DNA from: Ignavibacteriota bacterium
GTDB taxonomy: Bacteria; Bacteroidota; Ignavibacteria; UBA10030; CAVZMI01
Assembly (NCBI GenBank): GCA_963776275.1
Contig: CAVZMI010000032.1
Coordinates: 56,359 to 120,358 of the forward strand
Direction of reading: 5' to 3'
Length of the DNA: 64,000 nt
Every line of letters starts with the position of its first letter. The stretch's first letter is position 1. This document shows, piece after piece, positions 31,224 to 41,987 of this stretch. The notes beneath the pieces were generated by a model. That model saw only the letters and a list, made by a program, of their open reading frames with translations, was not told where the DNA came from and searched no databases. The translations under genes and the position numbers were made by a program.

Positions 31224-31492
31224 GAATTGCCACGAGCTCGGGCTTTTACGCCCCACGCTTTCGTGCTTTTCACGTCCCACGATCTTTGTGGGACCAGTGG
31301 GGTTAACTCGTGGGAAATAAGAGGAGAAAAATGAGGGGTTTTAACCCCACATTAAATTGATGTAGGGCTAAAGCCCGCAAAGATTTTTTAGATTTAAAAA
31401 TCCACGACCTGACCCCACTGGAAAGCGTGGGGCGTAAATCCCACAGGAAACGTGGGACGGAAAAAACCCGAAGCACGAGGTCGTGGCCATTC
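31224..31492. repeat. REP/REPIN-like inverted composite with mini-element insertions in both outer hairpin loops
   Basis: Ends GAATTGCCACGA / TCGTGGCCATTC; inner GGGGTTTTAACCCC and GGGCTAAAGCCC palindromes; CCACGACCTGA|AGGTCGTGG split by an insert. Confidence 0.7.
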
Positions 31493-31570
31493 ATTCGGCA
31501 TTAATTTTTCTCCGACCGGATATGTTATTCAGAGGTCTCAGCATTTAAAAGCCATGGAGAGATTCAATCA

Positions 31571-31948
31571 TTGGCTAAGGCACTTACAATAAGGGAAGTA
31601 CCTTGCAACGGCTGCACGCTCTGCTGCCAGGGTGATGCCATCAAGCTTGAAGAAGAAGACCGGGCGCTGGATTATAAGACGGAATCCCATCCGTACATCC
31701 CAGGAGCCCTCATGATTGCACATAAACCGAACGGTGAATGTTTCTACTTAAATGAACAAGGCTGCAGCATCCACAGCTGGGCGCCTTCATTGTGCCGTAG
31801 CGCTGATTGCCGCAGTCTCGCCATTAAATTGAATTATGATGCAGTACGTTCACTCCATATGATGGGCAGGCTGGATTTCCGGGTATGGCTGCAGGGACGC
31901 AGACTTATCGAGGCAATGACCGCTCATGGCGGAAAGGATAATCAGTAA
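31571..31948 (+). CDS. YkgJ-family cysteine cluster protein
   Basis: CxxCxxCC...ECFYL...CSIH..AP..CRxxxC pattern. Confidence 0.8.
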   Translation: MAKALTIREVPCNGCTLCCQGDAIKLEEEDRALDYKTESHPYIPGALMIAHKPNGECFYLNEQGCSIHSWAPSLCRSADCRSLAIKLNYDAVRSLHMMGRLDFRVWLQGRRLIEAMTAHGGKDNQ

Positions 31949-31954
31949 AATAAA

Positions 31955-32671
31955 ATGCTTAAAATCAGCGATATTGCCAAGATGATCGACCATTCAATTC
32001 TTCATCCTACATTTACAGATGATGATTTAAAGAAGAACTGTGATATAGCAAAAAAATATCATGTTGCCACAGTATGTGTCAAGCCCTATCATACTCGGAT
32101 GGCGGCTGAATTACTTAAAGGCTCCGATGTGGGGGTATGTGCAGTAATCGGTTTCCCGCATGGAAACAGTTCGACTGATATTAAAAATGCAGAAACACTT
32201 CAGGTAATTAACGACGGCGCAACAGAAGTGGATATGGTGGTGAATATCGGAAAAGTAATGCAGGGTGACTGGTCATATATCGACAACGAACTTAAAACAA
32301 TTAATGATACCTGCCGTAAAAACAGGGCACTGTTAAAAGTCATTTTTGAGACGGACTTCGTATCGCGCGACAAGGATAAAATAAGACTATGCGAACTTTG
32401 CAACAAACATGATATTGCTTTTGTGAAGACATCGACCGGTTACGGATTTGTCAGGAATAACAATGGAAAATATTCGTATGCCGGAGCGACCGAACACGAT
32501 GTAAAGCTTATGCGTAAACATTGCGCTCCCGGAGTAAAGATAAAAGCTGCCGGTGGTGTACGGACACTTGATCAATTATTGAAATATCGCGAGCTGGGTG
32601 TGACTCGAATAGGTGCCTCGGCAACGGAAGCTATTATGGAAGAAGCGAAAAAACGTTTCGAATCGAAATAG
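31955..32671 (+). CDS. deoC: Deoxyribose-phosphate aldolase
   Basis: IDHSILHP, VIGFPHG, EVDMV, FVKTSTG and KAAGGVRT motifs. Confidence 0.95.
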   Translation: MLKISDIAKMIDHSILHPTFTDDDLKKNCDIAKKYHVATVCVKPYHTRMAAELLKGSDVGVCAVIGFPHGNSSTDIKNAETLQVINDGATEVDMVVNIGKVMQGDWSYIDNELKTINDTCRKNRALLKVIFETDFVSRDKDKIRLCELCNKHDIAFVKTSTGYGFVRNNNGKYSYAGATEHDVKLMRKHCAPGVKIKAAGGVRTLDQLLKYRELGVTRIGASATEAIMEEAKKRFESK

Positions 32672-32681
32672 AGGTTGTTCA

Positions 32682-33125
32682 GTGAATATCGAAATTATCG
32701 AAGCAAAAAAAGAAGATTTGCCCTCAATCTTAAAGCTCTATGCCGTTGAAGACATTGATAACGGCGATATCCTATCAATCGGAAAAGCAGAAGTAATATT
32801 TAATAGAATGCAATCGTATCCGAACTATAAAATCTATATTGCAAAATATAATGGGAAAACGGTGGGCACATTTTCACTCTCGATAATGGATAACATAGCA
32901 CATCTCGGTAAATCTTCCGGTCTGGTTGAAGATGTGGTGGTTGATAAAACCATGAGATCAAAAGGAATTGGGAAGATAATGATGGAATATGCCATGAAAA
33001 TATGTAAAGAAAGTAACTGCTATAAAATGAGTCTATCCAGTAATTTGAAAAGAGAAAGAGCACATAGTTTTTACGAGAAATTAGGATTTGAAAAACATGG
33101 GTTCAGTTTTTTAATTAAAATATGA
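32682..33125 (+). CDS. GNAT family N-acetyltransferase
   Basis: VEDVVVD...RSKGIG and AHSFYEKLGF motifs; GTG start after GAGG. Confidence 0.85.
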   Translation: MNIEIIEAKKEDLPSILKLYAVEDIDNGDILSIGKAEVIFNRMQSYPNYKIYIAKYNGKTVGTFSLSIMDNIAHLGKSSGLVEDVVVDKTMRSKGIGKIMMEYAMKICKESNCYKMSLSSNLKRERAHSFYEKLGFEKHGFSFLIKI

Positions 33126-33231
33126 TTTCGCAGGGCGAGAAGAACTTCCGAAAATAATCAGCTGTTCTCAAAGCCCGCATAACGGTTGCAGAATATTTTT
33201 GTATGATCATAAATGATATAATAGATTTTTA

Positions 33232-34038
33232 ATGAATACCGATTATGTCCATGGATATACAGAGCGAGAGTCGATCAGATTGGAAGATCAAGCCAATTGC
33301 CTGAGCGAGCTTCTCCACCACGATTCTATTTTTCCTAAAGGCTCGATAATACTCGAGGCCGGCTGCGGAACCGGAGCTCAGACAAAGATCATTGCCCCCA
33401 AAAATCCTGACTCAAAATTCATATCAATTGATATTTCCGAAGATTCATTGCGTAAAGCCGATTCTCTCATAAAATCACTTAATATCAATAATGTCGAGTT
33501 TCAAACCGGCAACATTTTTAATCTGAAATTTGAAGAAGAATCCTTTGACCATGTTTTCGTTTGTTTTGTACTTGAACATCTTCCCAATCCTGTCGGAGCG
33601 TTACGAGCATTAAAAAAAGTATTGAAAAAAGGGGGATCCATTACGGTCATTGAAGGAGATCACGGCTCTGCCTATTTTTATCCTTACAGCCGGTATGCGC
33701 AAGAAGCGATTGATGCACTGGTAAAATTGCAGTCGACAAACGGCGGAAACGCCTCAATAGGCAGAGAACTTTACCCGCTTTTAAGCATCTCGAATTTTAA
33801 AAACTGCAAGGTTTCTCCCAGAATGGTTTATGTCGATTCGAGTAGACCTGAACTTGTTGAGGGCTTTACAAAAAATACTTTTACGGCTATGATTGAAGGA
33901 ATAAGAAATAAAGCTGTCAATAGTTGTCTCATCGATAAAAGCTCCATTGAAAAAGGTATTCAGGATTTGTATCGAACGACTCAGATTGACGGTGTTTTTT
34001 GTTACACATTTTTCAAGGGAATTGGGTATAATATTTAA
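33232..34038 (+). CDS. Class I SAM-dependent methyltransferase
   Basis: LEAGCGTG and FDHVFVCFVLEH motifs. Confidence 0.85.
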   Translation: MNTDYVHGYTERESIRLEDQANCLSELLHHDSIFPKGSIILEAGCGTGAQTKIIAPKNPDSKFISIDISEDSLRKADSLIKSLNINNVEFQTGNIFNLKFEEESFDHVFVCFVLEHLPNPVGALRALKKVLKKGGSITVIEGDHGSAYFYPYSRYAQEAIDALVKLQSTNGGNASIGRELYPLLSISNFKNCKVSPRMVYVDSSRPELVEGFTKNTFTAMIEGIRNKAVNSCLIDKSSIEKGIQDLYRTTQIDGVFCYTFFKGIGYNI

Positions 34039-34089
34039 AAAAGCAGTCGATGCAAGGAACAAATCCCTCGGGAGAATAATAAAAGAAAA

Positions 34090-35853
34090 ATGAAATCATC
34101 GTTGGCATTATTGAGTTTGCTTTCACTGCTTGCCTGTTCGATTAATCCGCATGTCTGTGCACAGAACGATATACAAAAGACTTACTGTGATAAAGCGTAT
34201 AAAGAATATCATTATGGTGTACCGTTTTTGCATCTGGAAGGGACCGATTATGAAGTAGGTTACCAGTACGGTTATCTCCTTAAAGATGAGTTACATGCCG
34301 TGTACGAGGGATTCAACGATTTCAAAGAAAACATGATGGAAAGGGAAATAAAATACCTGCCCTGGTATCAAAGATTTTTCGCTAATCTGTTTGGCTCGTT
34401 AATTTTAAAACACAAAATAAACAAATATGTCGATCAACTTCCGGATGATATCCATAATCAATTGAAAGGCATGGCTGACGGTGCTGATATGCCGGTCAGA
34501 TTTTTTTATGAAGTCAATCTCTTCGGCGATTATTTATCTCACGGATGTTCTTCATTCGTCATAAAGAAAGGAAGCATAATCTATCACGCCCGCAACCTCG
34601 ATACGCCGCTCAATCTGATCGCCAGATATCCTGTCATTGTGTGTTACAGCATTAACGGACGACAAAAATATACAGATATAGGATTTATTTCCGGATTGAT
34701 GATTTCCACCGGCTTCAACGAATCAGGAATTTCTTTTTCAGAAGATTCAAATAATAATCCGATGGCTTTCGATAAGAATAATTCGAACCTGCTGGTTGAA
34801 CGAAACAGAATTATAACCCGGGCTCACAATCTAAAAGAGGCCGATTCATTAGTCAATGCGTTACTTATTCCCGAGGGATATATTTTTACACTCTCGGACA
34901 GTGAAGAAAAACAGGCAAATGTCTACGATGTAATCGGAAAAATAAAAGCTGCCACTCCGGTAGACGGTTATCAATATGTGGCAAACAGAACAATATCGCA
35001 CGTCCTGGGTAAAAAAAGCGAATCGATTTATGCTGGTAATTTCCATGATATCTCAAGGGAAATAAAATTTTCAGAATTAATCGATACAACTAAGACAAAT
35101 ATCGTCGACGAGGCAATAGATATCTTAAGTAACATCCATTTCTATCATTACACCGACTCGATAGAAGTGTGGATCGATGCAATCAATAATTATCAAACGA
35201 TTCAATCGGCAATTTTTGATCTGGCCGATTCGGCCGTGTATTTCGCATACAATACACACTATGCTGCATGGAGCAGATGGTTGAAGTATAACTATATTAC
35301 AGGTGAGGTTGGTGTCTATAGAGAAGCCGATGACAAATTGAACCGAGCGGATATCTTGAAATTTGTCGATATCTGTAAAGAGTACCAGGCAGCAGACTGG
35401 CGCGACAGCACGATGGTCGATTCACTGGTTCGCCACATCATCGATTCACAAATTGAAAATTACTTTTGCCTTGATGTATTATGTCAGCAATATCTATATC
35501 GTTTTAAAGCACCGGATATAACAATCGCTCATGCCGACAAAATGATCAAGAAATATCCAGATGTAGTCACGGGTTATTATTACAAAGGTCTCGCTCTCGA
35601 AGAACAGAAACAATACGGCAATGCAATCACTCAATATATGAAAGCATTCAATTGTACTATATGCTGTGAATATTACCTTGCCGGTGTCTGCGAACATCTC
35701 GCTTATTCGAATAATTTTCTGGGAAACAAAGAAATTGCCAAAGAATATGCAGTAAAAGCATTGGCAATCCATAATCAGTATTGGATTCCGGATCATTTGA
35801 AAGAAAAGATTGAGAAGCTTGAAAAGATTGCGGCTATAGATTCAAAACGCTAA
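34090..35853 (+). CDS. Peptidase C45 (Ntn-hydrolase, AAT-like) with C-terminal TPR
   Basis: LEGTDYEVGYQYG, G|CSSF nucleophile, HARNLD and GFNESGIS motifs; TPR-like tail. Confidence 0.8.
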   Translation: MKSSLALLSLLSLLACSINPHVCAQNDIQKTYCDKAYKEYHYGVPFLHLEGTDYEVGYQYGYLLKDELHAVYEGFNDFKENMMEREIKYLPWYQRFFANLFGSLILKHKINKYVDQLPDDIHNQLKGMADGADMPVRFFYEVNLFGDYLSHGCSSFVIKKGSIIYHARNLDTPLNLIARYPVIVCYSINGRQKYTDIGFISGLMISTGFNESGISFSEDSNNNPMAFDKNNSNLLVERNRIITRAHNLKEADSLVNALLIPEGYIFTLSDSEEKQANVYDVIGKIKAATPVDGYQYVANRTISHVLGKKSESIYAGNFHDISREIKFSELIDTTKTNIVDEAIDILSNIHFYHYTDSIEVWIDAINNYQTIQSAIFDLADSAVYFAYNTHYAAWSRWLKYNYITGEVGVYREADDKLNRADILKFVDICKEYQAADWRDSTMVDSLVRHIIDSQIENYFCLDVLCQQYLYRFKAPDITIAHADKMIKKYPDVVTGYYYKGLALEEQKQYGNAITQYMKAFNCTICCEYYLAGVCEHLAYSNNFLGNKEIAKEYAVKALAIHNQYWIPDHLKEKIEKLEKIAAIDSKR

Positions 35854-36031
35854 GCTCCTTCGATGAATTTTCCGCAAATTATACATCTCACAGTTACAAA
35901 TGCACGTGGAGTAAGCTGTCGGATGTACGGGTAGTTTTAGCACTGCAGAGCGAAGTTATATCCAAACATTCTGTCGGTCTCAGTATCGGCATCGACGATT
36001 TTCACACAAAGTGGAAATCACATTGTATTTT

Positions 36032-36520
36032 TTAGCGGCCTATTTCGATTATTTCATATTCGAGCATGCCGGCAGGAACCTGGATTTTAATAATCTCTCC
36101 CTTTGATTTTCCCATAAGGGCCTTTCCTATCGGCGAAGTAATTGAGAGCTTATTCTGCTCAAAATCCGCCTCTTCGGGGGAAACCATCCGGTATTCAAAT
36201 TCCTTTTTCGAGTTCTTGTCTTTCACTTTGACAACTGAGAGGATATATACTTTATCGGTTTGGAGGTCTTTACTATCGATGATCCGTGCACGGGAAAGTG
36301 TTTGTTCGAGTTTTGAGATACGCAATTCGAGATGCTGCTGTGCTTCTTTGGCTGCTTCATATTCGGCATTCTCGCTTAAATCGCCGTATCCGCGCGCGTC
36401 GGCAATCTTCTGCGCCATTTCAGCGCGTCCCTTAATTTTCAGCTCACGCAGCTGATTTTCGAGCTCCACCAGACGCTCCCGCGTCAGATAGACAATACCA
36501 TTGTTGGTATTGTCGGACAT
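36032..36520 (-). CDS. greA: Transcription elongation factor GreA
   Basis: GDLSENAEYEAAK and SPIGKALMGK motifs. Confidence 0.97.
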   Translation of the reverse strand: MSDNTNNGIVYLTRERLVELENQLRELKIKGRAEMAQKIADARGYGDLSENAEYEAAKEAQQHLELRISKLEQTLSRARIIDSKDLQTDKVYILSVVKVKDKNSKKEFEYRMVSPEEADFEQNKLSITSPIGKALMGKSKGEIIKIQVPAGMLEYEIIEIGR

Positions 36521-36566
36521 GTCGCATCCTCCCGAATAATAGATTATAATTTCGAATGGAATGGAG

Positions 36567-36604
36567 AAAAATAAAAGCCATCACCGCATCCGCGGATGGT
36601 GGCT
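36567..36604 (-). terminator. Hairpin + U-tract in the greA leader
   Basis: Minus strand AGCCACCATCCGCGGATGCGGTGATGGCT-TTTATTTTT. Confidence 0.7.
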
Positions 36605-36611
36605 ATAATTT

Positions 36612-36640
36612 AATGTACGACAAAACAAAATTAAATGCAA
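36612..36640 (-). promoter_or_regulatory. Candidate sigma70 promoter for greA
   Basis: TTGCAT-N17-TACATT on the minus strand. Confidence 0.55.
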
Positions 36641-36668
36641 GAATAATTTTTTACTATGAGAAAATTTA

Positions 36669-37904
36669 CTACTTGCGGTAATTCGTATCAACCAGTATCA
36701 AATGGCCTAATTTATCGCGTTTCGTTTTGAGATACCGCTCATTAGTTGCATTCGGTTCGATCTCGAGAGGAACACGCTCCACAATCTCCAGACCGTAGCC
36801 GGTAAGTCCCACAATCTTTTTCGGGTTGTTTGTCAACAGCTTCATCTTCCCCACACCAAGATCATGAAGGATCTGTGCCCCGATGCCGTAATCACGCAAG
36901 TCCGGCCGGAAACCGAGTGCTTCGTTGGCCTCGACGGTATCGAGACCTTCATCCTGTAATTTATATGCCTGCAGTTTGTTCGACAGACCTATCCCTCTCC
37001 CCTCCTGACGCATATACACGATCACGCCCGCACCTGTTTTCTCGATCATTTTCATTGCAGCGACCAATTGATCACTGCAGTCGCATCGTAATGAACCGAA
37101 GACGTTGCCGGTCAGACATTCGGAATGAACACGCACCATGACGGGAACATCGGGCGATAATTCCCCTTTCGTGAGCGCGATGTGTTCATTTGCATCGGTC
37201 TGACTTTTATATAAATGAATATCAAAATTTCCGTACCGTGTTGGAAGCTTCGCCGAAGCGACACGCGTCACAAGTTTTTCGCGCATCATGCGATATTCGA
37301 TCAGATCACGGACGGTGATCATTTTCAAATTGAATTTCTTAGTCAGTTTATGAAGATCGGGAACTCGTGCCATAGCCCCATCGTCGGTGAGGATTTCACA
37401 AAGCATTCCTGCGGGATAGAGTCCCGCAAGGCGGCAGAGGTCAACGACAGCTTCGGTATGTCCTGCGCGGCGAAGGACTCCTCCTTCAGACGCGCGCAGC
37501 GGAAAGATATGCCCGGGTCTGGCAAAATCGCTTGGCTTCGATTTCGGGTCGATTACTGCACGAACAGTTGCCGAACGATCGTATGCCGATACACCGGTGG
37601 TAGTTCCATGAATGAAATCGATTGAAACGGTGAATGAGGTCTCGTGTAGCGAAGTATTGCTGTCAACCATGTTTCCGAGTCCGAGTTCTTCGCTCCGCTG
37701 TTTTGTTAACGGCGTGCAGACGACGCCGCGGCCGTACTTAGTAAAAAAGTTGATAGTTTCAGGAGTAACAAACTCAGCCGCGATAACAAAATCGCCTTCA
37801 TTCTCACGATCTTCATCATCGACAACGATAAGGATTTTTCCCGCTTTCAGATCTTCGATCGCTTCGTGAATCGTATTGAATTCCGATATGTGTTTTTCTT
37901 TCAT
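36669..37904 (-). CDS. ribBA: Bifunctional DHBP synthase / GTP cyclohydrolase II
   Basis: [33 protein letters not shown] and QEGRGIG motifs. Confidence 0.95.
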   Translation of the reverse strand: MKEKHISEFNTIHEAIEDLKAGKILIVVDDEDRENEGDFVIAAEFVTPETINFFTKYGRGVVCTPLTKQRSEELGLGNMVDSNTSLHETSFTVSIDFIHGTTTGVSAYDRSATVRAVIDPKSKPSDFARPGHIFPLRASEGGVLRRAGHTEAVVDLCRLAGLYPAGMLCEILTDDGAMARVPDLHKLTKKFNLKMITVRDLIEYRMMREKLVTRVASAKLPTRYGNFDIHLYKSQTDANEHIALTKGELSPDVPVMVRVHSECLTGNVFGSLRCDCSDQLVAAMKMIEKTGAGVIVYMRQEGRGIGLSNKLQAYKLQDEGLDTVEANEALGFRPDLRDYGIGAQILHDLGVGKMKLLTNNPKKIVGLTGYGLEIVERVPLEIEPNATNERYLKTKRDKLGHLILVDTNYRK

Positions 37905-37967
37905 CCCGAGATCTTCCTCTCCCCTCGATATTCGGTGAACACCCAGAGAGAAAATCCCCTCTCCATG

Positions 37968-38312
37968 TTAGTTTATCGGTTTATTATCTTCGCCTTCTCG
38001 GAGAATCGTCGAAACCGCACTTCTATCATATTTCACTTTCACGTTGTCGGCGATTTGTATGAGCAGAGTTTTTTCCTCAACACCGATCACCGTTCCATAT
38101 TCTCCGCCGATCGTGACAACTTTATCTCCCTTTTTTACCGAATCGAGAAGTCTCTGACGTTCTTTTTGTTTCTTCTGCTGGGGACGTAGAATGAAAAGCC
38201 AAAAAATCAGAACCATCGCCCCGAGCATAACGAAGGTCATCATGGGGCTGCCGCTACCGCCGCCATTGGGTTGCTGTCCCATGAAGGCCAACAGGTTTAC
38301 AATTGATATCAA
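37968..38312 (-). CDS. yajC: Preprotein translocase subunit YajC
   Basis: FILRPQQKKQK and KGDKVVTIGG motifs; follows tgt. Confidence 0.95.
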   Translation of the reverse strand: MISIVNLLAFMGQQPNGGGSGSPMMTFVMLGAMVLIFWLFILRPQQKKQKERQRLLDSVKKGDKVVTIGGEYGTVIGVEEKTLLIQIADNVKVKYDRSAVSTILREGEDNKPIN

Positions 38313-38361
38313 AGGATCCTCCTATATTATGTTATTGAGTAATATAATGAATTTTTTAAAT

Positions 38362-39504
<1,143 letters not shown>

Positions 39505-39514
39505 CTAATTAATA

Positions 39515-39736
39515 AGAAAATTATTCATTCGTGGTTCGACTCGTCCCAACATACAACGTTGGGACTCGCTCAGCGAAGCCGTACTTTAGTGCACCACAAG
39601 GTCTCGACTTACTCGACCCAAGGCTCTGCAACCTGGCTATTTATACAGCCTCCGATCAATCACAATTCCGCCTTCACTTCGTTTCGGCGGACAGGTCGTA
39701 ACTCAAAATTCACAATTTATTCGTTGCCTCGACTCG
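39515..39736. repeat. Dispersed intergenic repeat, copy B (single 29-nt insert at 39669-39697)
   Basis: Collinear with 20505-20726; extra CGCCTTCACTTCGTTTCGGCGGACAGGTC and a TCCCAAC..GTTGGGA hairpin. Confidence 0.75.
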
Positions 39737-39780
39737 CTTTTAAGATTGTAATTGCGGTTCGATCCCAAAGAAGACGGGAC

Positions 39781-41442
39781 TTACCACAGCAGCAGCATCG
39801 ATACGATGATTTGTGCCATAATGATTTTTGCAACCATTGATGCAGGATATACCGTCGCATACCAGACGTTCGGAAATTCATTTTGCGTCACCTGATTTGC
39901 ATACGCCAGACATGCCGGCTGCGTCTGCATTCCCGAGAGCATCCCCATGATTGCCGACATCGGAAGTCTGAGATATTTATATCCAAGGAGTATTGCTGAG
40001 ACGGCAACGAACGAAGTAATACAGGCTCCAGCCGCTATCAAACCCAGTCCTCCATTCTGGAATGTCGCACCGAATCCCGTCCCGGCCTTCGTACCAATTG
40101 CAGCAAGAAAGAAAACCAGACCGATTTGACGCACTACGAGATTTGCATTGAAGGGCATTCCCCAAGTGATTGGACCTGTTCGTCCAAGCCTTCCAAGGAT
40201 GAGAGCAACTAGAAGCGGGCCACCTGCAAACCCCAGCTTGAATACCATGCCGTTGGGAAGCGGAATCGGGAACATTCCCACAAAAACCCCAATAACAATG
40301 CCGAGTGAGACGGAAAGGAAATCGGTTTCAGCTATCGACTTAATGGAATCACCGAAAAAGTCTTTCATATGTTCAAAATTCTCACGGTTTGAAACGACCC
40401 GAATTCTATCACCCATTTCAAGTATGGTGTCCGGTGTAGGTATAAACTCGATATCACCCCGTCCAAGGCGTGTCACGGTTGCACCGAATTGCTTCTGAAT
40501 ATTCAGTTCTGCGATTGTTTTTCCGACAAGTTCTTTTCGCGATACAAAAATCCTTCGATAAAGAAAATTTCCTTGAGTTTCCTCGAGATGTTCCTGACAT
40601 TGCTCCCCAAAAAGAAAACGCGCCCTTTCAAGTGCCTCGGAATTCCCCACAGCCACCACCTTATCCCCCTTATGAAGGATCGTCTCAGGTTCGACGATTC
40701 TTGTTCTTCCTCTATGCTGAATCCGGCTCAGGACAAATCCGGCATTTTTCATCGGCCGCATTGCATCACGAACGAATTTTTCATCGACAGCAGGATTTGT
40801 GATAAGGTATGTCCGGCTCAGGATTGCATCACCCATTGCTTCCCGCATTCGCTTCTCTTCTTCCTTCACAAAATCAATTTTGTACAGCCGCATAAAAACA
40901 TTAAACCAAAAAATAATTCCGAAAACACCGAAGGGGTACGCCAGACCGTATGTGACGACAGGACTATTCAAGTACAAATTTGCCACGTCGGGTGGAAGAT
41001 GCGTTGACATACCCTTGATTGTCTCGACGGTAGCAGCAAGAGCAGGCGTATTCGTAAGTGCCCCGCAAAAAAGTCCGGCAATACTCTGGCCCGTAAGACC
41101 CAATAATTTTGCCAGAACAATCGCCAGTACAGCTCCTCCTACAATGACCAGAGATGCTACCGCATTTATTTTCATTCCTCTTTTCTTAAAAGAGGCAAAA
41201 AAGGCAGGTCCGGATTGGAGTCCGATTGCATAGACAAACAGAACAAGGCCGATGATATAAATTTCTTCAGGAAGGCTTAACCGCGGATCAACAGCACCGA
41301 ATGTAATTCCAACGAAAAGTACTGCAGCGACTCCAAAATTAAATCCAAAAATCCTTATGTTCCCGACTAAAAAACCTAATCCAATAACGGAAAATAACAG
41401 AAGAAGTTGATTGTTTGCCAGAAGATCGATGATCGCTTGCAT
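39781..41442 (-). CDS. Aspartate:alanine exchanger (YidE/YbjL) family transporter with two TrkA-C domains
   Basis: GLVLFVYAIGLQSGP, GALTNTPAL, AGGPLLVAL and YATVYP motifs. Confidence 0.9.
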   Translation of the reverse strand: MQAIIDLLANNQLLLLFSVIGLGFLVGNIRIFGFNFGVAAVLFVGITFGAVDPRLSLPEEIYIIGLVLFVYAIGLQSGPAFFASFKKRGMKINAVASLVIVGGAVLAIVLAKLLGLTGQSIAGLFCGALTNTPALAATVETIKGMSTHLPPDVANLYLNSPVVTYGLAYPFGVFGIIFWFNVFMRLYKIDFVKEEEKRMREAMGDAILSRTYLITNPAVDEKFVRDAMRPMKNAGFVLSRIQHRGRTRIVEPETILHKGDKVVAVGNSEALERARFLFGEQCQEHLEETQGNFLYRRIFVSRKELVGKTIAELNIQKQFGATVTRLGRGDIEFIPTPDTILEMGDRIRVVSNRENFEHMKDFFGDSIKSIAETDFLSVSLGIVIGVFVGMFPIPLPNGMVFKLGFAGGPLLVALILGRLGRTGPITWGMPFNANLVVRQIGLVFFLAAIGTKAGTGFGATFQNGGLGLIAAGACITSFVAVSAILLGYKYLRLPMSAIMGMLSGMQTQPACLAYANQVTQNEFPNVWYATVYPASMVAKIIMAQIIVSMLLLW

Positions 41443-41611
41443 GAATAGGTATCGAAGTGTTGAAGCAAGTTATATGTTTTCTCAATTTACGGCTATTTTT
41501 GCTGAGATTCAATTGTAAAAAGTAAACCTTTGTAGATCTGCCACTCTTCATTAGAATTGTGAAAGGTTTCCGTCCTTCACACCGGCATTGGTTGACGGAA
41601 ACCTTTTGCTG

Positions 41612-41986
41612 TCACTGCTGCATGCGGATTTTTCGAATGGAATACAACAAAATATAAAGGCATCCTCCGATTGCATCAGCCGTAGCGTCGAAAAGATCGC
41701 TAGTACGCCCAGGAATGAACGACTGATGGAACTCATCGGATAATCCGTAGAGGATAACAATAGCGAGAGCAACAAACAGATGAAGACTCGCCAGACGTGA
41801 AAATTTTCGTTGATGAAGGAGCGCCCTATCGACAAGAGCGCAGAGGATAAAAAAGATGCCTATATGAACAAGTTTATCGGCATACGGAATCGAAATAACA
41901 GGAAATACTGAACTGGGAAGAGATGATAAAAAATAGATCACAACAAACCAGAGAAGAGCCGGCAATTGATAACGAATAAAATGCAT
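41612..41986 (-). CDS. VanZ family protein
   Basis: DKLVH, DEFHQSFIPGR and D..AD..G motifs. Confidence 0.85.
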   Translation of the reverse strand: MHFIRYQLPALLWFVVIYFLSSLPSSVFPVISIPYADKLVHIGIFFILCALVDRALLHQRKFSRLASLHLFVALAIVILYGLSDEFHQSFIPGRTSDLFDATADAIGGCLYILLYSIRKIRMQQ

Positions 41987-41987
41987 C

